Counted from the stretch's first letter, positions 51,867-61,981 are shown. The stretch is 64,000 bases of DNA from Deltaproteobacteria bacterium (GCA_019307135.1 JAFDKF010000002.1:13998-77997); one strand, 5' to 3'. Program-made: numbers and translations. Notes: generated by a model from the sequence alone, not told the origin.

Positions 51867-52331
51867 TTGTGTACAGAAAAGGACACTTATATTGACCGGA
51901 TAAGTTGTTCAACGTTTGAAACAGGCCGCCGCATGCTGGGAAGACTGCCGTACGGCAAGGATTTTGTTAAGATCATAGAGGATTTCTGTGTGCAAAACTC
52001 GATTCAGACCGGGGTTTTTTCTGTGATAGGATCCGTAATGTCAGTCACGTTGGGGTTCTACGACCAGAATCAGCAGGTGTACGTCACTTTCAAAAAAGAG
52101 GAGCCGCTCGAAATCGTCCTTTGCACGGGCAATGTATCGCTCAAAGATGGCAGGGTTGCTGTGCATGCCCATGGGGTGTTTGCTGATATGAACGGCCAGA
52201 CCACAGGGGGGCACATTTTTTCAGAAACCGTGGTCTATGCAGGAGAGATATACATCCAGGAACTTTTGGGTACCCCTCTGGAAAGAGAGTACGACGACAG
52301 AACAGGACTTTCATTGTGGAAGGAATGCTAA
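51867..52331 (+). CDS. PPC/DUF296-domain protein
   Basis: 154 aa. GRLPYGKDFVKIIEDFCVQNSIQTGVFSVIGSV...VAVHAHGVFADMNGQTTGGHI. Non-ATG start in the track. Confidence 0.55.
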   Translation: MCTEKDTYIDRISCSTFETGRRMLGRLPYGKDFVKIIEDFCVQNSIQTGVFSVIGSVMSVTLGFYDQNQQVYVTFKKEEPLEIVLCTGNVSLKDGRVAVHAHGVFADMNGQTTGGHIFSETVVYAGEIYIQELLGTPLEREYDDRTGLSLWKEC

Positions 52332-52332
52332 A

Positions 52333-53403
52333 ATGGACGTCAAGATCATCGAGACCAAAACGCCTAAGGAGCTTCCGGATGATTCGAAATTGGGATTTGG
52401 ACGACTGTTCAGCGATCACATGTTCAACATGGACTACAACCCGGAGCAGGACTGGCATAATGCCCGCATAGAATCCTATGCCCCGATCATCATGGATCCA
52501 GCTACCATGGTGCTCCACTATGGTCAGACCATCTTTGAAGGGCTGAAGGCATACCGCACCAGCAATGAAAAGATTCAGTTGTTCCGACCTGACGAAAACA
52601 TGGCACGCTTTAACCGGTCGGCAAGGCTTATGTGCATCCCGCAAATCGATGAAGCCTTTGTCCTGCACGCTCTGAAAAAGCTCGTCTCCATTGATAAGGA
52701 ATGGGTCCCGAGGGCACCTGAGACCTCTTTGTATGTTCGCCCTACCATTATTGCCATGGATCATTATTTAGGTGTGCGCCCTTCCAACACCTATCGTCTC
52801 TTCATTATTCTGTCGCCGGTTGGTGCCTACTATCCGGAGGGGTTCAATCCGGTGACAATCTGGGTTACGGATAAGTACGTCCGGACTGTGCGCGGCGGTT
52901 TGGGCGAAGCCAAGACAGCAGCCAACTATGCAGCCAGCCTGTATGGAGCCGAGGTGGCAAAGAAGGCGGGCTACACCCAGGTGCTCTGGCTCGACGCCAT
53001 TGAGCAGCGCTACATCGAAGAGGTGGGCACCATGAATATCCTGTTTGTTATCAACGGAGAGTTAGTTACGCCACCTTTGGGGGGAAACATACTGGCTGGT
53101 ATTACACGCGATTCCGTCCTGACCCTTGCCAGAGACTGGAACATCCCGGCAGCCGAACGTCCTATCACAATCGACGAGGTGATGGCGGCACATAAAGATG
53201 GCTCTCTTCAGGAGATCTTTGGGTCTGGTACGGCCGCGGTCATTTCCCCTGTAAGTCATCTGGCCTGGCAAGATCAAGTGTTGACTGTAGGAGACGGCGG
53301 GGTTGGTCCCATGGCCCAGAGGTTTTATGAGGCCATAACAGATATCCAATACGGGAGAGCCGAAGATCCCTTTGGCTGGATCGTGCCGGTTGATGAGGCA
53401 TAG
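52333..53403 (+). CDS. ilvE: Branched-chain amino acid aminotransferase (class IV)
   Basis: GFGRLFSDHMF, VLHYGQTIFEGLKAYR, GGLGEAKTAANYA, GTMNILFV, GITRDSV. Start moved to the ATG at 52333. Confidence 0.88.
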   Translation: MDVKIIETKTPKELPDDSKLGFGRLFSDHMFNMDYNPEQDWHNARIESYAPIIMDPATMVLHYGQTIFEGLKAYRTSNEKIQLFRPDENMARFNRSARLMCIPQIDEAFVLHALKKLVSIDKEWVPRAPETSLYVRPTIIAMDHYLGVRPSNTYRLFIILSPVGAYYPEGFNPVTIWVTDKYVRTVRGGLGEAKTAANYAASLYGAEVAKKAGYTQVLWLDAIEQRYIEEVGTMNILFVINGELVTPPLGGNILAGITRDSVLTLARDWNIPAAERPITIDEVMAAHKDGSLQEIFGSGTAAVISPVSHLAWQDQVLTVGDGGVGPMAQRFYEAITDIQYGRAEDPFGWIVPVDEA

Positions 53404-53407
53404 CAAG

Positions 53408-54055
53408 ATGATTATCAAGCAGATGAGGATCGGCCCAATGGACGTGTTTTGCTATATCCTGGGATGCGAAGATACGCTCAAGGGGCTGGTGATCGATCCG
53501 GCAGGTGAGGAAGAACGCATCCTTGAAACTGCCCGGGCCCTGGGCATTACCATTGAATCCGTGGTAAACACCCACGGCCATCCTGATCACACCTGCGGAA
53601 ACCGCAAGATCGCGGAGCAGACCGGGGCAAAGATATATATGCACGCCCTGGATGATCGTTTCTTCAACACGCCCGAAGGCCACTCCATGGCAATACAGAT
53701 GGGCTTTACCCCATCTCCTTCAGCGGATGTGCTCTTAAATGACGGGGATATCATCCCCTTTGGAGACATAGGATTGACCGTGCTCCACACCCCGGGCCAT
53801 AGCCCCGGTGGCATCTGCCTTTATGTGGAAAACAACCTTTTCACTGGAGATACGCTCTTTGTAGGTGCAGTCGGGAGAACCGATCTGCCAGGCGGCTCTA
53901 TGGAGACCCTGCTTAGATCTATTAAAGACAGGATACTTTCTCTTCCTGATGAGACAATTATCTGGCCCGGCCACGACTATGGAGGTAGCCCCACTTCGAC
54001 GATTGCCCTTGAAAAAAGAGATAACCCTTACATCACTGACTTTCAACTCGTATAA
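53408..54055 (+). CDS. MBL-fold metallo-hydrolase (glyoxalase II-like)
   Basis: VVNTHGHPDHTCGN, HTPGHSPGG, GDTLFVGAVGRTD. Start moved to 53408. Confidence 0.8.
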   Translation: MIIKQMRIGPMDVFCYILGCEDTLKGLVIDPAGEEERILETARALGITIESVVNTHGHPDHTCGNRKIAEQTGAKIYMHALDDRFFNTPEGHSMAIQMGFTPSPSADVLLNDGDIIPFGDIGLTVLHTPGHSPGGICLYVENNLFTGDTLFVGAVGRTDLPGGSMETLLRSIKDRILSLPDETIIWPGHDYGGSPTSTIALEKRDNPYITDFQLV

Positions 54056-54068
54056 TGAGGCAGGTCCC

Positions 54069-54629
54069 ATGATATCTCCGGAGCAGGACGTCCCAACTGA
54101 CTTTACACCCGACAATTTCCTGAGCAGTTTTTTTCGCACGGCAAAGGCCGTTTTGCTTGTTCCCGGGTTTTTCTATGAGAGGATGAAAACCAACGGTGGA
54201 TTGCGAAATCCGTTCATCTTCCTCATTTCCTGTATCCTTATCCATACCCTGATTGTCAGCCTATTTGCCAGGAATCAAGCCATCATAGCCTTTCATGTGA
54301 TCAACGAGTTCTTGTTCCCTTTTGCGGCAGCAGGCATCCTCTTTTTCATCGTCACAAGGCTTTTTAAGGCATCGGGGACTTATGAGGTGGCCTTCCGGGT
54401 AAATGCCTATGCAGCAGCCACGATTCTGTTTTCGTGGATTCCCTTGATAGGCCTTCTCGTGCAGTTTTATCGCTTTTACCTGATTGCCGTGGGTCTTAGT
54501 CGTGCCTTTTCTATCAGAGGCTCCCAGGCTCTGTTAGCTATCGTCATAACCGTCATTATATATATATTCGCCTTAGGGCCTATCATGACCCAAATCCTGG
54601 GTGGCCAGTGGCTAACCGCTACTCCCTGA
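54069..54629 (+). CDS. Yip1-like integral membrane protein
   Basis: Start at the ATG at 54069. Five hydrophobic segments. N-terminal FFRTAKAVLLVPGFFYERM is typical of YIP1-type proteins (from memory). Confidence 0.5.
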   Translation: MISPEQDVPTDFTPDNFLSSFFRTAKAVLLVPGFFYERMKTNGGLRNPFIFLISCILIHTLIVSLFARNQAIIAFHVINEFLFPFAAAGILFFIVTRLFKASGTYEVAFRVNAYAAATILFSWIPLIGLLVQFYRFYLIAVGLSRAFSIRGSQALLAIVITVIIYIFALGPIMTQILGGQWLTATP

Positions 54630-54648
54630 GACAAAGGAGCGTAATCCA

Positions 54649-56070
54649 TTGGAAACAAAAATAGCCGTGCAATTCCAGCCCTTTGCTGAAAAGATGGAGA
54701 AAAGCGGCCTTGCTCCCACGGTTATTGATATCTTCAGGCATTACTACGGCCTGTTGGTGCGAGGTGAAACCGGCCTGATCACAAAGGGAGACATCGATCC
54801 GGTGAGGGAAGGCGAGATCGCTGACGCAGAAAAGCTTACCGGGCTGACGGAAGCAGGACGAAGCGCCCTGGAAAAACTGGTGGTTATCAAGCTAAACGGT
54901 GGCCTTGGGACCAGCATGGGCCTGTCCCGAACCAAGTCGCTTCTGGAGGTCATGAATGGGCTGAGCTTTCTCGATATTATTTCCAGGCAGATTCTGAGTT
55001 ACAGACACAAACATGGGGTCAGACTCCCTGTTATTTTTATGAACAGTTTTAACACCGATACCGACACCCTTGAAGCCCTCGCGCCTTATGACGACCTGCC
55101 GGTCGAAGGCATCCCTCTGAGTTTCCTGCAGCACAAATTTCCGAAAGTGTTTCAAGACGGGCTAGCACCGGCCACGTGGCCCACGGATGCTGACCTGGAG
55201 TGGAATCCCCCGGGCCATGGTGACATTTACACGGCCCTGGTAACCTCAGGGATGCTTCAAAAGCTTTTGGATGCAGGCATTCGTTATGCCTTTGTCGCAA
55301 ATTCGGATAACCTGGGTGCGGTCATGGACGAGACCATCCTGGGGTATTTTGCTGAGAACAATTTTCCTTTCATGATGGAGGTAACGGATCGAACCGAGGC
55401 AGACAGCAAAGGAGGACATCTTGCGCGCCTTAAGAATGGTCGATTAACACTGCGGGAGATCGCTCAGTGCCCCGAAGATGAGGTGGAGGAGTTCCAGGAC
55501 ATCCATGTGTACAGCTATTTTAATACCAACACGATCTGGGTAAACCTGTTGGCATTGAAAGCGTTGCTTGATGCCCATCACAATGTGATCCACCTTCCAA
55601 TGATCAGAAACCCCAAGACGGTTGACCCCAAGGATGATTCAACCCCTCATGTTTATCAACTGGAGACTGCGATGGGATCGGCCATTTCCATATTTGACGG
55701 GGCCACGGCTATTCGCGTGCCAAGAACGCGGTTCGCCCCTGTGAAGAAATGCCAGGACCTTCTTGCCCTCTGGTCCGACTGCTATGTGCTTACGGAGGAC
55801 TACTATGTGATCCAAAATCCCAGAAGAAGGCCGGACCCACTGGTAACAAGGCTTGACAGCAAGTACTATAAAAAAATCGACCAGCTTAAGGCCCGCTTCC
55901 CACACGGGGCCCCATCTTTGCTTGACTGTGCATCCTTTGAAGTTCAAGGGGATGTGGTATTTGGAAAAGGTGTTGTAGTCAGGGGCAAGGTGGTGATTGC
56001 CAATCGCTCTGACAGCCAGGTTGCCATTGCTGACGGAAACGTTATTGAAAAGGATCTGGCCTTCACGTAG
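54649..56070 (+). CDS. UTP-glucose-1-phosphate uridylyltransferase, UDPGP (eukaryotic-type) family
   Basis: VVIKLNGGLGTSMGLSRTKSLLEV, NSFNT, PPGHGDIY, NSDNLGA. TTG start in the track. Confidence 0.75.
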   Translation: METKIAVQFQPFAEKMEKSGLAPTVIDIFRHYYGLLVRGETGLITKGDIDPVREGEIADAEKLTGLTEAGRSALEKLVVIKLNGGLGTSMGLSRTKSLLEVMNGLSFLDIISRQILSYRHKHGVRLPVIFMNSFNTDTDTLEALAPYDDLPVEGIPLSFLQHKFPKVFQDGLAPATWPTDADLEWNPPGHGDIYTALVTSGMLQKLLDAGIRYAFVANSDNLGAVMDETILGYFAENNFPFMMEVTDRTEADSKGGHLARLKNGRLTLREIAQCPEDEVEEFQDIHVYSYFNTNTIWVNLLALKALLDAHHNVIHLPMIRNPKTVDPKDDSTPHVYQLETAMGSAISIFDGATAIRVPRTRFAPVKKCQDLLALWSDCYVLTEDYYVIQNPRRRPDPLVTRLDSKYYKKIDQLKARFPHGAPSLLDCASFEVQGDVVFGKGVVVRGKVVIANRSDSQVAIADGNVIEKDLAFT

Positions 56071-57298
56071 AATGCAAAGGGAATCCTGGCAGCAAGGCAA
56101 GACAGCCCTGACGAAGTTCCTTTGTTACAGCGATAGTCCGACACATCTTCTCCCATTTGCTTTGGAGATCCACATAGTGCTCAAACACGTTGTACTGAGG
56201 TACTGCATCGGTCCCCATTAAGACAACGTTATTAAGAAACTCCCTTGCAGATTTCTCGTCATCCGCTTGCTGTGCCAGCATGGCACACGCCCGTGAGATT
56301 TTGTCCTCCAGATCTTTGCCAAGAAAACCTCCTGGATAGGGCATCAATTCCTCGATAGAGACATAATCCATGTCTTCCATAAGGATTTGCTGGCTGAGCT
56401 TTGCCCTTTCATAGATAAAGCGGTATATATCCTGCCGTAGCCTTTTCCACAGGGGATGGGGTGGTGGAGGGGGATCATGCACGATGTACAATTGATTGTC
56501 AAAAAAGATAGAGAATCTGAACATCCTGGCATTGATGACATAGTCCATGTCTTCGCCCCGTGGAATATGGACATCAAAAGGGATAGCAGCAAAAAGGGGG
56601 CGTGTAAGCACAAGGCATCCGCCAAGTACCATGGAAGTTAATTTGATGCGGGGTTGTGTCTCCACAAGGCGACAAAGCGCCTCATTCAACAAGCGTTCCA
56701 AATCCCAGAAGGCCTTCCATGGTTCGGGCTTTATGATCCTGCGGTAGGCCTTTTGCGGGTCAACGTAATAACCACCGACACCAGCAACGATCTTCCCCCC
56801 TACGGTTTTCCCCAGATACTCCCTCGCCTTGTGCAGAAAAAGAGGATCATCAACATATTCGTCGTCATCGACAAAAACAACTTCTTTGGCACCCAGAATT
56901 TGCGCCATGATCAGCCCGGTATTTCTGATATTTGCATAGCCATCCACACACAGGAAATCGAGGGCATCCTGGTCGCAAAAATCCCGGAAGGTCTCTCGCA
57001 CCCTTGCCACCAGCGTATTGGGGAAAAGGAGGATCTTTATCCCGGTTTTCTCGGCTACATGTTCAACGATCCCCATCACCTTTTGGTTCATTTCAGCATG
57101 ACTTTCCGGGGAATCAGTACCTGTAATCACCAGCACCTGAAAGTCCTTTTCTTTGAGAATCTTCAAACTCGTCAACACCTTTTCAAGACACGGCCCTTTG
57201 TGACCAAATTGCTGGTCAAAGGATCTCTGATTCATGGCTTGTGATTCCATGGGAGCCACTTTTGTCCAGTAAGAGGGAATGACAATTAATGTGTTCAT
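56063..57298 (-). CDS. Putative GT-A-fold glycosyltransferase (unclassified)
   Basis: MNTLIVIPSYW, VVFVDDDEYVDD (DxD-like), PRGEDMDYV. The 3' end overlaps the convergent UGPase gene by 8 nt. Confidence 0.55.
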   Translation of the reverse strand: MNTLIVIPSYWTKVAPMESQAMNQRSFDQQFGHKGPCLEKVLTSLKILKEKDFQVLVITGTDSPESHAEMNQKVMGIVEHVAEKTGIKILLFPNTLVARVRETFRDFCDQDALDFLCVDGYANIRNTGLIMAQILGAKEVVFVDDDEYVDDPLFLHKAREYLGKTVGGKIVAGVGGYYVDPQKAYRRIIKPEPWKAFWDLERLLNEALCRLVETQPRIKLTSMVLGGCLVLTRPLFAAIPFDVHIPRGEDMDYVINARMFRFSIFFDNQLYIVHDPPPPPHPLWKRLRQDIYRFIYERAKLSQQILMEDMDYVSIEELMPYPGGFLGKDLEDKISRACAMLAQQADDEKSAREFLNNVVLMGTDAVPQYNVFEHYVDLQSKWEKMCRTIAVTKELRQGCLALLPGFPLHST

Positions 57299-57535
57299 GG
57301 TAACAGTGTGCTCATGGTGACAGCCTCCAAACTAGATCGGGTGTAAATCACAGCTGTTGGCAATGAGAAAATCCATGTCCGTCTGCTACGTATTTAGCTT
57401 TGGGGAAAAGGTGTCAGGTTTCGGGTTTCAGGTGTCAGGATCGAAAAACTTGAAGAGCTGAAACCTGAAACCTGAACACTGACACCTCACAATTGAACTC
57501 AATAACCAACAATCTTGATTTACACCCAACTAGAT

Positions 57536-59671
57536 CTATTGGATCAATTTACAATTGTTATTAATTTCAATCGCCTTTCTCTTAAGCGCCAGGGCGAAGG
57601 GGTCCCCTTTTTTTGCACTCTCTCGAAGCCTTATCATCAGATCATAATAAAAACGCCAGGCCTTTATCTGTTTGGCTACCCTGGTTCTAGTCTCTCGATA
57701 ATATCGGTCTTGAGAAAATGCTATCTTACTTAACCGTTTTAGCCCCTCTTTTTGGTAGATAATGTCTTCCCTGTTTCTTCCCCCTCTCCCTGCCACAGAT
57801 AAGACAAAACGTGTGAGGGCTAACAGCCCCGGGAAAGGGTGAATAAATGAGGCAGTAAAAAAGTTAAGGCTCCTCTTCACATCTTCAAAAGCCCACCCCT
57901 TAATTTCACAAAGCGCTCGGGCTAAGAAAGAAAAATTCCATATTCTCTCCAGGTCATATATCTTCTTATAAGGCTCTGCAATCTTGATCGACTCGGCAGC
58001 AAATGACTCTTTTTCGTGAATCATGTGCAGCCCGGGGAAATAAAGGTATCTAAGGAGGTTACCATTGTATTCGTCAAAAAGAACTGACAGGAGAAAAGCC
58101 TGGTCCTCGGCCCGGTGAACATGGGCGTCTACAAAAGGGGCGTACCGTTCCAGCGCCTCTATCAAGAACCCGGTGGTGCCGCCAGTGACAAAGGTGCGCA
58201 TGTACGGATATTCGTTGAGTATCTTTAGTGCTCTCCACTGAACCTCGGGAGGAAATGCCTCTCCCCGAGTAATCAGGGACTGCAGCAGCCCTTGATAGAA
58301 CACGCCGGCTTCCCCTTCGGGAATACTCTCAGGGACATCAGGAATGGAAATGTCAGGAAGGAATAGGTCATCTTTGTCAATCAATTCATCCCGATTGGTT
58401 AGACTCCCTGCAAAACAACCCAGATATATGTTACGTTCGTTCTGGTCCCGTGCAAGGCCACCCAGGGCCTGCAGCGTAAACGATTCCAGCCAGCACGACC
58501 CGGTTTCTCGGTAAAATCGCTTGGCTGGAAAGCTTTGGTCTGTGTCGATCTTTATCACGGCTTTGACGCGGGGATTCATGAACTTGGCCAACGACCCAAA
58601 AGCCTTGAGAAAATTGTAATGCATCGCATAGTATCCCTCGAGACCAAAAAAAGAGAGATAGCCTTCTATTTCCTTGTCTGGTATTTCTGGAAAATAGCGT
58701 TTAGCAGCAGGCCTCAGTACATCATTTATAAGATGTTTCACATCGGCCTGGCTGTAAAGGTACGGCTCCACAATTTTGAGTTCTTGAAGGATGCCGCTCT
58801 TGACGGCAGCAGTATATTGACATTTTAGCACTTCTCTGGCAGCAGTGCCAAGGTTTACCTGCCCATGAGTCGGGCTTATGGAAATATATAGAGGAACCTT
58901 GTCTCCCTCTCTTATATGATCCTTCCACGCAGTTTTCTCTATCTCAATCTCTGAGTGGAATGTCTCCTCCAGCTTTCTCAAGCAAAAAATAAACTCGCTG
59001 GCATGCAGGGCATCCTCGGTCGTCGCCATCTCCATAGGGTGGTCAAAGTACCAGTCAACTGGCAATCCTATGACTGACTTAAGGCTCTTTTCCGCCCATC
59101 CTGTAAGGCCCCCCGGAATAAGCGATTCACTTCTTGGTGCTGTGACCAGCACGTTCGTAGTAAAGATGACTTCCTCTATAGGGTTGGCGATAAAATTTTC
59201 ATTACTTGCGATCAATCTTAACCGATTCTGTTTCTGAATATCGTTTACTATCTGCCCCGCATCAAACCGGGACAGAGTCTTGGCAGCCAGGGGGTTGAAT
59301 ATCTCCAATCTGGCCGCTTTCAGCCGATCCGGGTCTCCGGCTCGGATCGCATCTCGTAATACTTTCACCAGGGCAGCATCTGACTCGATCCGTTTTACGA
59401 TTTCTTCCTGGATGATTTCATAGAATTTCAGATAGGTCTTTTTTTGCTCGCCATAAACCGCATCTGGCACACTCAAGTAATCCCAGGCCCTTTGAAACAA
59501 AGGGTGCTTTTCCCCACAAAGGCATATCAGCACAGCAGCATTGATTTTGACTAACTCGCCAGAAGGGGCTTCAAATTGCTGTGTCAGGTCGATCCTGTCT
59601 ATTGAGTCCTTGTGGCCCAAAAAAGCAGACCAAAACCTGGCGACCAGTTCTTTCAAATCAGTATCCGACAT
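57536..59671 (-). CDS. Large hypothetical protein with a GT-A-like central region (711 aa)
   Basis: VPLYISISPTHG, AVIKIDTDQSFP (DxD-like), FVTGGTTGF...HRAEDQAFLLSV. Start taken at the ATG at 59671 (alternative 59695) because the track start overlaps the upstream gene. Visibly AT-richer than its neighbours. Confidence 0.5.
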   Translation of the reverse strand: MSDTDLKELVARFWSAFLGHKDSIDRIDLTQQFEAPSGELVKINAAVLICLCGEKHPLFQRAWDYLSVPDAVYGEQKKTYLKFYEIIQEEIVKRIESDAALVKVLRDAIRAGDPDRLKAARLEIFNPLAAKTLSRFDAGQIVNDIQKQNRLRLIASNENFIANPIEEVIFTTNVLVTAPRSESLIPGGLTGWAEKSLKSVIGLPVDWYFDHPMEMATTEDALHASEFIFCLRKLEETFHSEIEIEKTAWKDHIREGDKVPLYISISPTHGQVNLGTAAREVLKCQYTAAVKSGILQELKIVEPYLYSQADVKHLINDVLRPAAKRYFPEIPDKEIEGYLSFFGLEGYYAMHYNFLKAFGSLAKFMNPRVKAVIKIDTDQSFPAKRFYRETGSCWLESFTLQALGGLARDQNERNIYLGCFAGSLTNRDELIDKDDLFLPDISIPDVPESIPEGEAGVFYQGLLQSLITRGEAFPPEVQWRALKILNEYPYMRTFVTGGTTGFLIEALERYAPFVDAHVHRAEDQAFLLSVLFDEYNGNLLRYLYFPGLHMIHEKESFAAESIKIAEPYKKIYDLERIWNFSFLARALCEIKGWAFEDVKRSLNFFTASFIHPFPGLLALTRFVLSVAGRGGRNREDIIYQKEGLKRLSKIAFSQDRYYRETRTRVAKQIKAWRFYYDLMIRLRESAKKGDPFALALKRKAIEINNNCKLIQ

Positions 59672-59681
59672 AGTATACTTT

Positions 59682-61142
59682 TTATTTGAAATCATCTTCA
59701 CCGAACACCTCGGCTTCGTATACCTCAACCCTGGTCTCCGGGTCCTGCCAGGCCTTTGGCGACATGCCACCTTTTAGACAGAGGTGCTCAAGGAACTGGT
59801 CTTTCTCCGGGAGCTGCTTCCAGACCTGAGGAAGGAAAGTTGAGCGGTGTGTACCGCGAGAGAGGATGACCCCATGGAGATTTCGTTCAAGCTTGCGCTT
59901 GAGATCCTCGCCGTCATTGAAGCTAAGGGGTTCAGGCACCGAAAGAACGCTGATTTCGATGTCTATCTCCTTGAGTTCGTCTGCGTTCAGGGTTGCAAAC
60001 CTCGGATCATTAAATGCGGCGCTTTGGGCATTTCTCTCCACACATTCCAAAAGGGAGCATATAGGCTCAATCGTGCCGATGCAGCCGCGCAGTTGGCCGT
60101 GTTTATGAAGTGTGACAAAACAGCCCCTCAACTCATTTAAGACAGAAGAAACCTGGCGCGGCCTGTCCACCTTGGCCCCTTTCACAAGCCTGGCCTCAAT
60201 AGCGGAGCGGGCAAGCTTCAGAAGGGCGTCTCTATCCTGGGTAGAAAGAGTCTCTTTTATTGTCATTGTCATCTCCTTTTTATCCACAAATGCAATACTT
60301 GCGTAGCCTACGACACGGTTCTTGCCGCCCGCAGTGTCGCCGGAGTTTCTGTAGTCTATCAATATACCTTGCCAGCCCCTGATTTTAGCGATGTGCATCA
60401 GTGTCAGGACGGCTTGCTTACCACATGCCTCGCACAGGGGCATGTCAGAAAATTTGCAGTTAGAGATGGCTGTGGTACAAATTCGATCCAGGCCAATGGC
60501 TGTCTCATAAGAATAATAGTGAGAAAGATCTGAGCTTGCCACCACAAGGGTATCCTCGCCAATATATGGAGCAAGGGTTGTGGCAAGGGCTTTGGGGTCT
60601 GAGCTGTTCGTGAGGATCGGGACAATCTCAAATCCCTTGAGCATCACCTGGAGAAAGGGGAGTTGAACCTCAAGGGAATGCTCTGCACAATGGGCTTCAG
60701 GAACAGATTCAAAGCCGGGCGACCTGAGCAGAGTCGAGGCAAGTCTTGCCAGGCGAACGTCCCCCAAAGGGGTTCGGTAGGCCTGAACCTCGGGAATGGA
60801 AGTACCCCTCAGAGGGAACCGGTGACTCGGGCCGAGAAGGATGACAGTCCGGGTAGAGGGATCGATCTGTCTATATCCGGCCGCGGCCACAATACCCGAA
60901 TAGATGTATCCTGCATGGGGGGAGACAAGTCCTCTGATCTTCCCTGGAACCTTCACACCACGGGCATCTTTGAAAAAGGTGCGAACCATTTCACGAAGCT
61001 CATCAGGCGCACCCGGGTAGAACATACCGGCAACCGCCGCAGGCCGCACCTGGTCGCGACTCTCGTCCGCAGCGGACAAGTGAACCTTGACACAAGTAAA
61101 GATCAAGGTGATTGAAAGAGCTATCGGGTGTAATTTCTTCAT
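59682..61142 (-). CDS. Memo-like (AmmeMemoRadiSam protein B) fused to AMMECR1 (protein A), with N-terminal signal-peptide-like segment
   Basis: MKKLHPIALSITLIFTCVKVHLSAADE, then AGMFYPG...VSPHAGYIYSG...EHSLEVQLPFL (Memo), then CFVTLHKHGQLRGCIGT...ISVLS...STFLPQVW (AMMECR1). Start moved to 61142. Confidence 0.8.
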   Translation of the reverse strand: MKKLHPIALSITLIFTCVKVHLSAADESRDQVRPAAVAGMFYPGAPDELREMVRTFFKDARGVKVPGKIRGLVSPHAGYIYSGIVAAAGYRQIDPSTRTVILLGPSHRFPLRGTSIPEVQAYRTPLGDVRLARLASTLLRSPGFESVPEAHCAEHSLEVQLPFLQVMLKGFEIVPILTNSSDPKALATTLAPYIGEDTLVVASSDLSHYYSYETAIGLDRICTTAISNCKFSDMPLCEACGKQAVLTLMHIAKIRGWQGILIDYRNSGDTAGGKNRVVGYASIAFVDKKEMTMTIKETLSTQDRDALLKLARSAIEARLVKGAKVDRPRQVSSVLNELRGCFVTLHKHGQLRGCIGTIEPICSLLECVERNAQSAAFNDPRFATLNADELKEIDIEISVLSVPEPLSFNDGEDLKRKLERNLHGVILSRGTHRSTFLPQVWKQLPEKDQFLEHLCLKGGMSPKAWQDPETRVEVYEAEVFGEDDFK

Positions 61143-61311
61143 CTTTGATTTTCCTATTCCAGCCACCAGCAGTTGAAGCCAAGAAAGAATATTTTCGTTT
61201 GACAATTCATATGTCACTCCCCTCCTTTTGGTCTTTTTTGACATTTAAGGAATGTCCTGCTATACCTCAATGATTTGAAGATCATAGCCAAAGCAGGGCC
61301 GGTTTTGATCA

Positions 61312-61719
61312 TTACTTCTGATCTTTAAGAAAACTCTGACAAAGATCAGGCACTGGTGCGGCTAATTCTCGAAGGCGTTTTTCGTCCAGCATAAATCCAT
61401 AGCCATGTATATGCATGTGGCGAAAAAGTAGCAATTCAAGAAGTCCTTCAAACTGCGCATCTGAAATAATATCATTCTCTCTTGATTTCATTAGCAAATT
61501 CTTATGCCAGTTCTCATCCTTTTGCAATCTGACGCCCGTATTTTGCAATTGGTAACGTATGATACCTTCGATACCGGTATATATGTTTTGCAAAAGCGTG
61601 CCAAGTGCGATGACCTCGTATTCTGAAAGATCTGTCTTTTCCGTGAGATGCTCAATCATTATTACTGTTTTTTCAATGTTCTTTCGTTCATCTTCTAAAA
61701 ATGAATCTTTACCGCTCAT
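61312..61719 (-). CDS. HEPN-domain protein (HepT-like toxin candidate)
   Basis: ELLLFRHMHIHGYG fits the HEPN R-x(4-6)-H motif. Overlaps the upstream nucleotidyltransferase gene by 11 nt. Confidence 0.55.
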   Translation of the reverse strand: MSGKDSFLEDERKNIEKTVIMIEHLTEKTDLSEYEVIALGTLLQNIYTGIEGIIRYQLQNTGVRLQKDENWHKNLLMKSRENDIISDAQFEGLLELLLFRHMHIHGYGFMLDEKRLRELAAPVPDLCQSFLKDQK

Positions 61720-61981
61720 AAATATTGACCCCCTTGGCACGGATAATTGAAGCTATTGGAATGTCCTGCGACAGGTCTACAAGGTCAACAGGCTTAGGAA
61801 GAGCCATAAAGAGACGGGCATAGAATTTGAAAAACAGCTCTGGTGGAACTCCCTCAACGGCCAAATCAATATCACGCGCAACAGAATCATCTTCAAGCGA
61901 AGATCCAAAAATCCACACTGCCTTCACATCAAACTCACGTGCACATTCCATAATAGTTTTTCTTATATCAGGTGAAATCAT
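61709..61981 (-). CDS. Minimal nucleotidyltransferase (MNT-like antitoxin candidate)
   Basis: VWIFGSSLEDDSVARDIDLAVEG (GS...DxD pol-beta NTase motif). Start moved to the ATG at 61981. Confidence 0.65.
   Translation of the reverse strand: MISPDIRKTIMECAREFDVKAVWIFGSSLEDDSVARDIDLAVEGVPPELFFKFYARLFMALPKPVDLVDLSQDIPIASIIRAKGVNIYER

Noticed and set aside
56654-57244. 196-aa plus-strand ORF, and 20872-21474 (+)
   Set aside because: They are antisense to the GT-A-like and deacetylase genes respectively. No motifs are present.
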